DNA from: Synechococcales cyanobacterium VAR_4_metabat_354
GTDB taxonomy: Bacteria > Cyanobacteriota > Cyanobacteriia > Cyanobacteriales > Chamaesiphonaceae
Assembly (NCBI GenBank): GCA_031414775.1
Contig: JANOQI010000034.1
Coordinates: forward strand, 1 to 61,736
DNA: 61,736 nucleotides
Direction of reading: 5' to 3'
The position numbers and the translations under genes were made by a program. Below are positions 10,036 to 20,042 of the stretch, in pieces; the stretch's first letter is position 1; each line of letters starts with the position of its first letter. The notes below the pieces were generated by a model, which saw nothing but the letters and a program-made list of their open reading frames with translations, ran no database searches and had not been told where the DNA came from.

Positions 10036-11264
10036 TAATTCAATTCTTGTTCTATCTTGTCCAGCTCTCGATCGAGCAAGCTGCGACCACCACTCTCACT
10101 ACCCATTTCCACAGCCAGAGCCAAACCCAAGAGGGTAATAGCTGGGGAGAACTTAGCTGAGTCGCGTAAATTCATCGTCAAAAACGGACAGCAAAACAAA
10201 GCTGCCTTGAGGTATGTGCGCCAGTCCGCGTCTAAGTTGCCCTGAGACTTGAGCTGTTGCAGCAAAGGCTTCAGAACTAATTGCAGTTTCGATTGGAGGG
10301 TTTGCACTCGTTCCGGAATCGGTTGGAAATCGTGAGTAACTGCGATGACTCCCTGCTCCAGCTGCCAGGAAATATTCAATTTTTCGGCGACTGCTTCCGG
10401 AAAATACATCCAAGTAGCAAAGACGTTATGAAATAGCGGCTTGGTCAAGTCTAAGAGCGCTGAATGACGGCCAGCAAAGGCCGGATCAAAATAGATCAAG
10501 CAATCCTGTTCTAAAAATACATTGCCATTATGGGCATCCCCATGTCCAACCACTGACCAAACCTCTCGATCGACTGGATTCAAAATCTCGATCGATCTCT
10601 GAATAATTGCGGCCAAAGATTCGGAGTAGTCCATGCCATTAATCTGCCACCGCCACTGTGCTAGTTCAACAAAAGGCACAGTTTGGTGGGGCAACACTAC
10701 CTCTTGACCTTCATAAAAAGTGGCGTAGCGGCCACCAGTCAGACGATGATAAAAAAGCTGATGGATCGGCGCCGCTTGATGTTCTTCGGCGCTAAGAGAC
10801 AACAATGTTTTGAAATAGATGGCTGATAAATCTCGATCGGCCTGTTCCTGAATTGCCACAATTTTGGCACCATCTGATCGATCGCCCGTCTCGATCTGCC
10901 GGAGCACGTCAAACAGCGATGGCGAGTCAAAAAATTCATAGATCAGCAACTGCTTGCCATAGGTGGTAGAACCATATAGCGGTTGGATCACTAAATAGCC
11001 AGCATCAGCCAAAATCTCCGCATTGTAGTATTCGCTGATAATACTCTGCGGTTCAATATGGGTCTTGAAAAACAGCTTTTGACCAAACTTAGCCGTAATA
11101 AAACCATTAATAGAATTTAAAGACACCGCTAAAGGTCGGACAGTTACTGATTCCACATTAAATGGTAGATCCGACTGCTGCAAAAACTCCAGCATCTTGG
11201 CATTGGCAGCTGGAATATCATGAAACTGGAGGGCTTGAATTTCTTGTAAATCTCGATCAGACAC
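10035..11264 (-). CDS. Small-molecule phosphotransferase, APH/choline-kinase-like fold
   Basis: FFKTH (beta3 Lys), SEYYNA (alphaC Glu), HGDAHNGN catalytic loop, YFDPAF metal-binding Asp; GTG start with GAAGGTG upstream. Confidence 0.75.
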   Translation of the reverse strand: MSDRDLQEIQALQFHDIPAANAKMLEFLQQSDLPFNVESVTVRPLAVSLNSINGFITAKFGQKLFFKTHIEPQSIISEYYNAEILADAGYLVIQPLYGSTTYGKQLLIYEFFDSPSLFDVLRQIETGDRSDGAKIVAIQEQADRDLSAIYFKTLLSLSAEEHQAAPIHQLFYHRLTGGRYATFYEGQEVVLPHQTVPFVELAQWRWQINGMDYSESLAAIIQRSIEILNPVDREVWSVVGHGDAHNGNVFLEQDCLIYFDPAFAGRHSALLDLTKPLFHNVFATWMYFPEAVAEKLNISWQLEQGVIAVTHDFQPIPERVQTLQSKLQLVLKPLLQQLKSQGNLDADWRTYLKAALFCCPFLTMNLRDSAKFSPAITLLGLALAVEMGSESGGRSLLDRELDKIEQELN

Positions 11265-11278
11265 AGCAACACCTTCAA

Positions 11279-12592
11279 TTATCCATTACCCAAAAACTCC
11301 TCACGCTTCAGCACTGCCTGCGCATGAGCTGGAAAACCCTCATAGGTAGCCAAAGTATGAGCAGTATGCTTTAACCCATCAAAGCCCTCGCGAGTAACAT
11401 AGCCAATACCTGTTCTTTTTAAAAAATCATGAACAGAAACCGCTGAAAAGGACTTCGCGAAACCACCAGTAGGCAAAATCGCATTGACTCCCAAGCAATA
11501 ATTACCTAGCGTAATCGGCGTATTTTCACCCAGCAATATTTCACCCACATTGTTCAAACGACCCAACACACTCCAAGGATCTTTGACTAACACTTCCAAA
11601 TGTTCCGGTGCATATTCGTTCACAAAGTCCAAAGATTGCTCCAAACTGTCTGTGAGAATAATCCCGCCGTAATTAGCTAAGCCCGTCTTACAGAAATCTT
11701 GCCGCCACTGGGGAAGCGACTCCAGGTACTGCGGCAAAATTTCGACTACCTTTTGAGCTAACTCCGCACTATGAGTAACCAGCACCGCTGCTGAATCAGG
11801 GCCATGCTCGGCCTCAATCAGTAAATCCATCGCGGCGATATGGGGATTGGTGTATTCATCGGCTAGAATAACTGACTCACTAGGACCGGCTGGCAAACCC
11901 ACATCCACCCGCCCAAACAACAGACGCTTAGCGGCTGAACCGTAAGAATTACAAGGACCAGTGATTTTGCTGACCTTCGGCACTGTCGGGGTGCCCAAAG
12001 CCATAGCCGTGATCGCCTGAATACCACCTAGCTTATAAATATTTTTGACCCCGGCTAACTCCGCCGCCACTAGCGAAGCTGGTTCGACATTACCTTCTTT
12101 GTCCGGCGGGGTGCAGACCATAATTTCCTTCACACCGGCCACGGTGGCGGGGACAGCCAACATCAACATCACCGAAGGAAAAGCACCTTTGCCGCGCGGC
12201 ACATACAATCCAGCACTAGCGATCGGAGTTACTTTTTCACCCGCAAAGACTCCCGGCGCAATCTCCGCCAGATGAATCTGCTCAGGCATCTGCCGTTCAT
12301 GAACGGCTCTAATGTTTTGATGAGCTTGGTGAATCGCCGCCTTAATTTTGGGATCAACAGTTCGTTGTGCCGCCGCAAATTCTGCATCGGTAACCTTAAG
12401 CTGCTCTAGAGTTGCGGTGGGATAGTCAAACTTCCGCACATACTCAATCAACGCTTCATCACCACGCTCTTGGATCTGGTCAATCACCTCCCGAGCCACC
12501 GCTGAAGCACCGGCAATATCCGTCTCCGATCGACGCTTGAGTTTATTTAGTTCGTTAGCAGTTAACGCCGACAGCCGAAGAATTCTAACCAC
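11279..12592 (-). CDS. hisD: Histidinol dehydrogenase family protein, divergent paralogue (HisD2-type)
   Basis: GLYVP, AGPSE, AEH, APEHL, LPTGG motifs; probable GTG start at 12592 with GGGGAG SD. Confidence 0.88.
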   Translation of the reverse strand: MVRILRLSALTANELNKLKRRSETDIAGASAVAREVIDQIQERGDEALIEYVRKFDYPTATLEQLKVTDAEFAAAQRTVDPKIKAAIHQAHQNIRAVHERQMPEQIHLAEIAPGVFAGEKVTPIASAGLYVPRGKGAFPSVMLMLAVPATVAGVKEIMVCTPPDKEGNVEPASLVAAELAGVKNIYKLGGIQAITAMALGTPTVPKVSKITGPCNSYGSAAKRLLFGRVDVGLPAGPSESVILADEYTNPHIAAMDLLIEAEHGPDSAAVLVTHSAELAQKVVEILPQYLESLPQWRQDFCKTGLANYGGIILTDSLEQSLDFVNEYAPEHLEVLVKDPWSVLGRLNNVGEILLGENTPITLGNYCLGVNAILPTGGFAKSFSAVSVHDFLKRTGIGYVTREGFDGLKHTAHTLATYEGFPAHAQAVLKREEFLGNG

Positions 12593-12683
12593 CAATGATT
12601 CTCCCCGATAAGATCTCTTGAACACTAGAAACAGTATTGCTTTTCGCCATTTTCCAGACCGACTATCATAGCACAGTCCTTGC

Positions 12684-13538
12684 TTATTTGTCGGAAACAC
12701 CCAAAGTCAAGGCTGCTCGAATCTGGGGTGTTTGCAAAAACTTTTTGGTATCAGCCAATAATTTATCTCCCCAAAGATTTTCTTTAAGGTAATCAACACT
12801 GGCGTAACGGCTATCATTCCGGAGAGCGGTTTCCCCCAACCGAAAAGCTTCGGCTTGTTTACCTTGTCGATAAAGAGCTACGGCTAAAGCCAATTGAGGC
12901 TCAGCCGCTTTTTTGTCGATATTGATCGATCTTTGCCAAGCACGAGTGGCTTCTGGTAATTTGCCTAATTCATAATTAATTAAACCAATATTATTCAAAG
13001 CTGGCCAAAAATCTTTTTTCTTGATCACAGCTTTTTCATAAGAACGTACAGCCTCTGGATAACGTTTACTGCGGTAATAAGCATTGCCTAAATCGAATAG
13101 CCCCTGGAGGTTGTCAGAATTGATTTTCAGGCCACCCTGAAGTTTCTGAATAGCTGTATTGTAGTCGCCCTTCTGAAAAAAGGCCGAACCCATCGTAAAA
13201 AGCACATCAGCATTTTTAGGGTCTAATTTTTGAGCTTGATCAAGGCTCACAATTCCTTGATCAATCTTTTTATTTTGAACATACAAAGTTCCTAGCAATA
13301 GCCAAACATCCGCCCGTTCCGGCGCTAATTGAGCCGCCAGAATCGCCCGGGCTAAAGCTTGGTCATACTGTTGTAGCTGTGTTAGAGCCAACGCCGTATT
13401 ATAAAGACGTTGGGCTTCGCGGGATAGATCACGCGGATCTTGCTGCAAAGTGTAAGGCAACAGGACTTGAGATTGAGCAACCGGAGCAACCGTTCCACAA
13501 CCGATCAAAGCAATCAAGAAAAGGATACGTTTAGGCAC
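12684..13538 (-). CDS. Exported TPR-repeat protein
   Basis: Signal peptide plus about six 34-aa TPR units; C-terminal LKENLWG. Confidence 0.88.
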   Translation of the reverse strand: MPKRILFLIALIGCGTVAPVAQSQVLLPYTLQQDPRDLSREAQRLYNTALALTQLQQYDQALARAILAAQLAPERADVWLLLGTLYVQNKKIDQGIVSLDQAQKLDPKNADVLFTMGSAFFQKGDYNTAIQKLQGGLKINSDNLQGLFDLGNAYYRSKRYPEAVRSYEKAVIKKKDFWPALNNIGLINYELGKLPEATRAWQRSINIDKKAAEPQLALAVALYRQGKQAEAFRLGETALRNDSRYASVDYLKENLWGDKLLADTKKFLQTPQIRAALTLGVSDK

Positions 13539-13705
13539 GTTATGAGTACAGGTAAAAGGAAAAGAGAAAATTCGCCAGGGCTAGACATCATCTACGATCT
13601 GCACTCTCTCAGGAGAATTCTAGCATTCTGTAATGGAACTGGATCATGATGAACACGTCTAGTATGATCAAGCTACAATGTGTTGCAAATATTCATTTTT
13701 TCACC

Positions 13706-14149
13706 ATGAAACATCTTCTCATTCGTTTATCTGCTGGCCTATTATTGACTCTGACAGGTACGGCTAACCTCCCAGCCGTCAGTCAACCAGCAACTAGCCC
13801 ATCAGCTCCAGCGAGCAAAGGTGGTGACCAATTTTCTAACAGCCCTCTGTTTCGCGGTGTTACACTTACTCAGCAACAAAAAACCCAATTGTTAAGTATT
13901 AGAAAAGACGCTGATACTCAAATTGTTAAAATGCTGACCCCAGCTCAAAAGAAAACTGCTTCTACTCAAGGACCAAGATACGTTAAGTTTACGAAGCCTC
14001 AACAGGAAAAGTTAATGGTCATTGCTAAGACCAGCAGTGCCAAGACTGAAGCGGTTTTTACTCCTGAGCAAATTAAGCAGATCAAAGAAAACATTAAGAC
14101 TCTGCAAGGTGCCAATGGTAAAACTCCGGCTCCCAACGGCCAAAAATAG
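13706..14149 (+). CDS. Spy/CpxP-like periplasmic protein (LTxxQ motifs)
   Basis: Signal peptide from ATG 13706; LTQQQ, LTPAQ, FTKPQ, FTPEQ repeats. Confidence 0.75.
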   Translation: MKHLLIRLSAGLLLTLTGTANLPAVSQPATSPSAPASKGGDQFSNSPLFRGVTLTQQQKTQLLSIRKDADTQIVKMLTPAQKKTASTQGPRYVKFTKPQQEKLMVIAKTSSAKTEAVFTPEQIKQIKENIKTLQGANGKTPAPNGQK

Positions 14150-14156
14150 TTAGTCA

Positions 14157-14207
14157 GAAACCCTACCTTGCTCAATTTTGTTGGTGTGCTTGGCTAGGTA
14201 GGGTTTC
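14157..14207 (+). terminator. Stem-loop after the Spy-like gene
   Basis: GAAACCCTACCT...AGGTAGGGTTTC perfect 12-bp inverted repeat with 27-nt loop; no strong U-tail. Confidence 0.55.
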
Positions 14208-14307
14208 GATTAGTGTGGTTAACCACCCTCTCCACTGATGCCCAGAAACAGGCAAAATAACAAGGATGAGAGAAAATTAAATCAACTGCTCCTAAAAGCA
14301 CTCATGT

Positions 14308-15909
14308 ATGGAAAAGCTGCCCGCAATCATCAGATCTAAAAAACGGCTCCCAGTGGTGGCCGGTATCGCAGCCCTAACGATCGGAGTGGCTGGCATCGGA
14401 GCTTATGCCTTTAATGCTTTACGCCCTAATCAAGTAGATTTAGAAAAACTAACGGTGCTGGCCAAGCCTGAAGATATTACCCTCAAAATTACGGCTAGTG
14501 GTACGGTACTACCCGGGCAAACAGTGAATCTCAGTCCGAAAAATGCCGGTCGGGTGGCTCAGATCTTTGTAGAGCAGGGCGATGTAGTCAAGCAAGGCCA
14601 GAAAATTGCCCAAATGGAAGATGCTGAAGGGCGGGCACAATTGCTGCAAGCTCAGGCTAATTTGCGGCAGGCTCAAGCCAATCTGGCCAAGGGGCGCAAT
14701 GGCAGCCGCCCGGAAGAAATTGCTCAATATCAAGCCAAGTTGGAAGCAGCCCAAGCTGGTTTAGATCGGTCGAAGAACGGTAATCGCCCGCAGGAAATTG
14801 CCCAGGTGCAGGCTAAACTTTCCCAGGTAAAGGCCGCTTTAGCTCTAACTCGATCGATCGCCCCTCAACAGATCCAGCAAGCTGATGCCCAAGTGGCCGC
14901 AGCAGCGGCTCGGCGCAAATTGGCAACTACAAAGCTAGAACGCACCCGTAAGCTTAATCAGGAAGGGGCAATCGCCTTAGAAAAGCTGGAAGAAGCCAAC
15001 GCTGAACTCCAAACAACTAATGCCACCTATTTGGAAGCCCAACAACGGCTCCAGCAGGTTAAAAATAATGCTGCTCAAGAAATAAATCAGCGGCGCGCGA
15101 CAGTAGCAGAGCTAGAGCAAAGTCTGCAACAACAACAGTTGGGTAGTCGCCAAGAGGATACCGCCAAAGCGGCTGCCGATGTGCGCTTAGCTCAATCATA
15201 TTTTCAGCAAGCCAAGAATGGTACCCGCAAAGAAGAAATCGCTCAGTTAGCAGCCGCTGTAGATGTCGCGCAGGCTCAGGTAATGACCGCCCAAGTCCAG
15301 CTGCGAGACAGCATTATTCTTGCTCCCTTTGATGGCATTATTACCCAGCGCTACGCCAGTGCTGGTGCTTTTGTAACACCAACCACCACTGCTTCTAAGG
15401 AAGGACAGGCTACCTCTACTTCGGTGGTAGCGATTGCTAAGGATCTAGAGATCAAAGCTAAAGTGCCCGAAATAGACATTGGCAAAATTAGCAGCGGCCA
15501 ACAAGTGGAAATCACGGCGGATGCCTATCCAGACGAAAAGTTTCGCGGTTCAGTCCGGATCGTTGCCCCGGAGGCCGTTGTAGAACAAAATGTTACTGCG
15601 TTTGAGGTGCGATTGAACATTGATGACGACCAACGGGGTGTCCTGAAGTCGGGGATGAACGTCAATACATCATTCGTAGGTAAACAAGTGGCTAGTTCTT
15701 TAATGGTGCCAACGGTAGCGATCGTCCGGAATAAAGGCAAAGATGGGGTATTAATACCTGGCAAAGACAGTCAGCCAGAATTCAAAGAAGTGAAGTTGGG
15801 CTTTACGGTCAGGGATAAAACCCAAGTAACAGAAGGCGTAAAAGATGGTGATCGAATATTTATTGACACGCCAAAAGGCTTTAAATTGAATAAAGATAAG
15901 GATAAATAA
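14308..15909 (+). CDS. Efflux membrane-fusion (periplasmic adaptor) protein, MacA/HlyD type
   Basis: N-terminal TM anchor, lipoyl half-motifs (V.QGDVVKQGQ; I.APFDGII), long coiled coil. Confidence 0.93.
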   Translation: MEKLPAIIRSKKRLPVVAGIAALTIGVAGIGAYAFNALRPNQVDLEKLTVLAKPEDITLKITASGTVLPGQTVNLSPKNAGRVAQIFVEQGDVVKQGQKIAQMEDAEGRAQLLQAQANLRQAQANLAKGRNGSRPEEIAQYQAKLEAAQAGLDRSKNGNRPQEIAQVQAKLSQVKAALALTRSIAPQQIQQADAQVAAAAARRKLATTKLERTRKLNQEGAIALEKLEEANAELQTTNATYLEAQQRLQQVKNNAAQEINQRRATVAELEQSLQQQQLGSRQEDTAKAAADVRLAQSYFQQAKNGTRKEEIAQLAAAVDVAQAQVMTAQVQLRDSIILAPFDGIITQRYASAGAFVTPTTTASKEGQATSTSVVAIAKDLEIKAKVPEIDIGKISSGQQVEITADAYPDEKFRGSVRIVAPEAVVEQNVTAFEVRLNIDDDQRGVLKSGMNVNTSFVGKQVASSLMVPTVAIVRNKGKDGVLIPGKDSQPEFKEVKLGFTVRDKTQVTEGVKDGDRIFIDTPKGFKLNKDKDK

Positions 15910-15915
15910 CCGACC

Positions 15916-17133
15916 ATGGAAATCGCTGAAAGCCTGAAAATGGCCACTAGTACCCTGGTCGCTAACAAGCTCCGTAGTGGTCTGACCATGTTAGGAATTA
16001 TTATTGGCAATGCTTCGGTAATTGCCATGGTGGGCATTGGTCAGGGCACTCAAAAGTTGGCCGAAGACCAATTTAAATCATTAGGTCCCAATACCCTATT
16101 CATTTTACCGGGTGGGCCAAATAGCCAACAGAACCGCTTTGGCTTACCTCGCACCTTAGTCAGTGCTGATGCCCGGGCGATCGCCAGGCAAGTGCCTAGC
16201 GTGGCCGGAGTCGCCCCCCAGTTGCAGTCTAGTCAACCGATTGTCTATGAAAGTAAAAACAGCACTTCTCAGGTGGTCGGCACTACCCCCAGTTTCTTGA
16301 CGGTGCGTAGTTTTGAGGTCGCTAAAGGGCGTTTTCTCACTGATGCCGATCAAAAGGCCGGAAATGAAGTGGTAGTCTTAGGGCCAGACTTAGCGGAGAA
16401 ATTATTTGAGGGGCGAGAGCCAATTGGAGCCAAAATCCGGATTAAAAGCGTTAGTTTTGAGGTGATTGGGATCACGGCGGCCAAGGGTTCTTCTTTTGGT
16501 AGCAATCAAGATGATGCCGCCTATATTCCGCTCAGCACCATGAGCCGCAAGATAATTGGCCGGGCTTCCCCCTTTGGCCAAGAGGTATCTTTTATTACGG
16601 TCTCGGCCAAGGACGCGGAAAGTCTTAGTGCGACTGAATTCCAGGTCACTAACCTGTTGCGGCGGCGACACAAAATTATCGTTGATGATGATTTTACGGT
16701 TCGTAACCAAAAGGATGCCCTCCAAATTGTTGGTACCGTGACTGGAGCGCTCACATTACTATTGGGAGCGATCGCTGGTATATCACTGCTCGTAGGTGGA
16801 ATTGGGGTGATGAACATTATGCTGGTATCGGTGACCGAGCGCACCCAAGAAATTGGCTTACGGAAAGCGATCGGTGCGACTCAAAAAGACATTCGCAATC
16901 AATTCATGATTGAATCAGTAATTCTCTCCGCCGCTGGTGGGGTAATCGGCACCTTGATTGGGGTATCTGCCGTGATCGTAGTGAGCTTAGTAACACCGCT
17001 ACCAGCAGCTGTTTCGCCAGTGGCGATTATTATGGCGGTGTCGGTGTCGGGGGCGATCGGGCTGTTTTTTGGGGTAGTACCAGCACAACGAGCCTCACGA
17101 CTCGATCCGATCGTTGCGCTCCGGAGTATTTAA
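15916..17133 (+). CDS. ABC transporter permease, MacB/FtsX family
   Basis: NKLRSGLTMLGIIIG, GGIGVMNIMLVSVTERTQEIGLRKAIGA, LDPIVALR. Confidence 0.95.
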   Translation: MEIAESLKMATSTLVANKLRSGLTMLGIIIGNASVIAMVGIGQGTQKLAEDQFKSLGPNTLFILPGGPNSQQNRFGLPRTLVSADARAIARQVPSVAGVAPQLQSSQPIVYESKNSTSQVVGTTPSFLTVRSFEVAKGRFLTDADQKAGNEVVVLGPDLAEKLFEGREPIGAKIRIKSVSFEVIGITAAKGSSFGSNQDDAAYIPLSTMSRKIIGRASPFGQEVSFITVSAKDAESLSATEFQVTNLLRRRHKIIVDDDFTVRNQKDALQIVGTVTGALTLLLGAIAGISLLVGGIGVMNIMLVSVTERTQEIGLRKAIGATQKDIRNQFMIESVILSAAGGVIGTLIGVSAVIVVSLVTPLPAAVSPVAIIMAVSVSGAIGLFFGVVPAQRASRLDPIVALRSI

Positions 17134-17147
17134 GGTTTGGAGTATTT

Positions 17148-17900
17148 ATGCTAGCCGTTTCTCAGGATCTTCAAGACAAAAGTACCAAGCCCATCATTAT
17201 TCGGATGGAAGAGATCTGCAAAAGATATGGGGTCGGTGATACCTTGGTCAATGCCCTAGAAAATGTGAATTTGACGATCGAAGAAGGGGAATACTGCGCG
17301 ATCATGGGACCATCGGGTTCGGGCAAATCTACGGCCATGAACATTATTGGTTGTTTAGATCGTCCAACTAGTGGCCACTATTATCTAGACAACATGGACG
17401 TGGCCACCCTGCCAGATGATCAGCTAGCGCAGATGCGTAATCGCAAACTGGGTTTTGTGTTTCAGCAGTTTCACCTCTTGCCCCAATCGACGGCCATGGA
17501 GAATGTCATGCTGCCCTTGGTTTATGCGGGGGTGCCCAGTCAGGAGCGGCAGGATCGAGCCGCCGCTGCTCTAGAAAGAGTAGGATTAACAAATCGCCGC
17601 AATAACCGCCCCAATCAACTATCTGGGGGACAACAGCAACGGGTGGCGATCGCTCGCGCTATTGTTGGGGAGCCAGTGTTGCTGTTGGCCGATGAGCCAA
17701 CCGGAGCCTTAGATTCTAGAACCACTCAAGAGGTAATGGATATTTTTACGGAGCTGAATGAGGGGGGTATCACCATTGTGATGGTCACGCATGAACCGGA
17801 AGTGGCTAGGCAAACACGACGGATTGTGTGGTTTCGTGATGGTCAGGTGATCTACTCTCACCTCACCCCAGATGAGGTGAATCAAGTCGCCATTTCATGA
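17148..17900 (+). CDS. ABC transporter ATP-binding protein, MacB/LolD type
   Basis: [28 protein letters not shown]. Confidence 0.96.
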   Translation: MLAVSQDLQDKSTKPIIIRMEEICKRYGVGDTLVNALENVNLTIEEGEYCAIMGPSGSGKSTAMNIIGCLDRPTSGHYYLDNMDVATLPDDQLAQMRNRKLGFVFQQFHLLPQSTAMENVMLPLVYAGVPSQERQDRAAAALERVGLTNRRNNRPNQLSGGQQQRVAIARAIVGEPVLLLADEPTGALDSRTTQEVMDIFTELNEGGITIVMVTHEPEVARQTRRIVWFRDGQVIYSHLTPDEVNQVAIS

Positions 17901-18539
17901 ATTAATTTTAGCTAATTTGCGTGTTTTGGTTTTGGAGGGACGTATTTTGTCTCTGCGCTGGTACAAAAAGGCTGTAATTGTTAACCACACCGGCCAATGA
18001 TAATAGGTGAAATCGTAGGTATCTTGGTTGAGCAACCAATTCTTGAGATTGAGCTGATTAAAATAGTTGCCACATGTGGTAGTAAATTTAGCCATGGGGT
18101 TCAGTTGACAACTGACTATTTCGATCAAGCTGATAATACCTACAGTTCCTAAAAAAGACAGGATAATAATCGTAATCGTAGAACAAGCAAACCAGCGGAT
18201 ACGGCGGTTGGATGCCGGCTTTCTCACTTGCCAAAAAGACTGCGCGGCCCGGTAAAAAATACCGAGAATGAAAACTGGCAGGATTAGATGTATCAAAATA
18301 AAAATGACGGTGGCTACTAGCCAGCCACCGGGGAATTGTAACCAATCAAACCAAGATAGCCCAGACAAAATCATTCTAATGCCAGGGATGGCCAGTGGCA
18401 GTAAGAACAACGCTTTCAGCCAAGAGCGACGGCTCGGTAACCAGTGAGGAGTGAATACCGCCATAGTATCTGTGTTGGAGACAGATGGTGGAGTGATCTG
18501 CCGAAAAAGCGGTTTTAGCATGTCGATCGCACTTCTCAC
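17895..18539 (-). CDS. Hypothetical membrane protein
   Basis: 214-aa ORF with about four hydrophobic segments; start uncertain. Confidence 0.65.
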   Translation of the reverse strand: MRSAIDMLKPLFRQITPPSVSNTDTMAVFTPHWLPSRRSWLKALFLLPLAIPGIRMILSGLSWFDWLQFPGGWLVATVIFILIHLILPVFILGIFYRAAQSFWQVRKPASNRRIRWFACSTITIIILSFLGTVGIISLIEIVSCQLNPMAKFTTTCGNYFNQLNLKNWLLNQDTYDFTYYHWPVWLTITAFLYQRRDKIRPSKTKTRKLAKINS

Positions 18540-18711
18540 TGGTTAGGGGCAAGTATTAAAAAACGTGAATATTTTTGCTCAGTAAATATTTGAAAAGAAA
18601 CTTATCCAAAACCAATTTAGATGAATTTAATGAGAAACTTGTGAGTGATCATCGATCCTGATCGACAATTTTACCGTGGTCAACCCTAATACTCCATCGT
18701 AATGGTTTAGT

Positions 18712-19137
18712 TTAGAGCATTTGGCTGGGTTGAAACAACTCAAAGACATGTCGGCAAAACTGCCGCAACTGTTCCACTCGTTCCGGGACTGGTTGCACCG
18801 AGCCTTCGATTTGCCATTGTTCGATCGTCGAAAGCCGCCACTGTTTGCCGCGATAGTCAAAACCGGCGGCCTCTAAGCCAATTACTCGCTGGTCATTGTC
18901 TTCGGCATAAAAATGAATTTGAATCAGAATGCTACGGCTTTGCCAGCGCCGACTCCAACCCGGGAAATGAAAAGCAATATCGATCGAATCGGGATCGATC
19001 GCCTCTTTAGTATCTCGGTCATTAGCCCAGGGCTTCAGGTCTACCCGTGCATCCGGAAAATCTGACCGAAACAGGCTGACCACGGAAGCGATCTTTCCGG
19101 CTAACATCACGTTCGTAGCTCGATCAGCAGCGTTCAA
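18712..19137 (-). CDS. Conserved cyanobacterial hypothetical protein
   Basis: DLKPW.ND..T...DPDSIDIAFHFPGWS pattern; TTG start with AGGAG upstream. Confidence 0.8.
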   Translation of the reverse strand: MNAADRATNVMLAGKIASVVSLFRSDFPDARVDLKPWANDRDTKEAIDPDSIDIAFHFPGWSRRWQSRSILIQIHFYAEDNDQRVIGLEAAGFDYRGKQWRLSTIEQWQIEGSVQPVPERVEQLRQFCRHVFELFQPSQML

Positions 19138-19187
19138 TGGCTCCTTGGCTCCTTATGCCTGAGATTATTTTTAATTTAGCAGAAAAA

Positions 19188-19988
19188 TTATGGCACTGCG
19201 CCACAGTGGGGACAATCAGCGGTAGGACGATCTTTTGGCATGGGCAAACCACAGGCATAACACATCACATGAGTTCCCGGTTCTAGGCCATGAGTGACAG
19301 CCACGCGATCATCAAATACAAAGCATTCTCCCTGCCATTGGCTGGCGGTGGCTGGGATCTGCTGCAAATAATTGATGATGCCGCCTTGGAGGTGATAAAC
19401 CTCTTGAAATCCAGCGGCTAACATCCAAGCGGTGGCTTTTTCGCAGCGAATGCCACCAGTGCAAAACATGGCTACTTTCTGGTGTTTTTGGGGGTCTAAG
19501 TGCTGCTGAACATAAGCTGGTAGCTCTGTAAAGGAGGAAGTTTGAGGATCGATCGATCCCGCAAAAGTGCCAATTTCTACTTCGTAATCATTGCGGGTGT
19601 CAATTAAAATCACATCCGGATCGCTAATCAGGGCATTCCAATCTTGGGGAGCCACGTAGGTACCCACTTGCTGGGTCGGATCAGCTTGGTCGGAACGGAA
19701 GGTGACGACTTCGGATTTGACTTTAACTTTAAGTTTAGAAAAAGGCGGTTTACCTGGACAGGTGGCCTCTTGGTACTGGAGGTCGCGGAGACGCGGATCT
19801 TGGCGCAGATATGCCATCGCCGCCGCTACTGCCGCTGGAGTGCCAGCGATCGATCCATTAATGCCTTCGGTGGCTAGTAAAATAGTGCCCAAAATTTGAT
19901 GTTGTTCACAATATTCCCGCAGCTTAGTTTGCAGCGCTGGGCAGTTATCGATCGACACAAATTTGTAGAAGGTGGCAATAGTCAGCAT
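19188..19988 (-). CDS. trhO: Rhodanese-domain tRNA uridine(34) hydroxylase (YceA/TrhO)
   Basis: FYKF, EGING, IDTRNDYE..IGTF, MFCTGGIRCEK, WQGECFVFDDR. Confidence 0.92.
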   Translation of the reverse strand: MLTIATFYKFVSIDNCPALQTKLREYCEQHQILGTILLATEGINGSIAGTPAAVAAAMAYLRQDPRLRDLQYQEATCPGKPPFSKLKVKVKSEVVTFRSDQADPTQQVGTYVAPQDWNALISDPDVILIDTRNDYEVEIGTFAGSIDPQTSSFTELPAYVQQHLDPQKHQKVAMFCTGGIRCEKATAWMLAAGFQEVYHLQGGIINYLQQIPATASQWQGECFVFDDRVAVTHGLEPGTHVMCYACGLPMPKDRPTADCPHCGAVP

Positions 19989-20042
19989 GGTCTGGAGATC
20001 ATTATCTGGAAATAGCGGCCAAGAGTTTAATGGCCTTCAATT

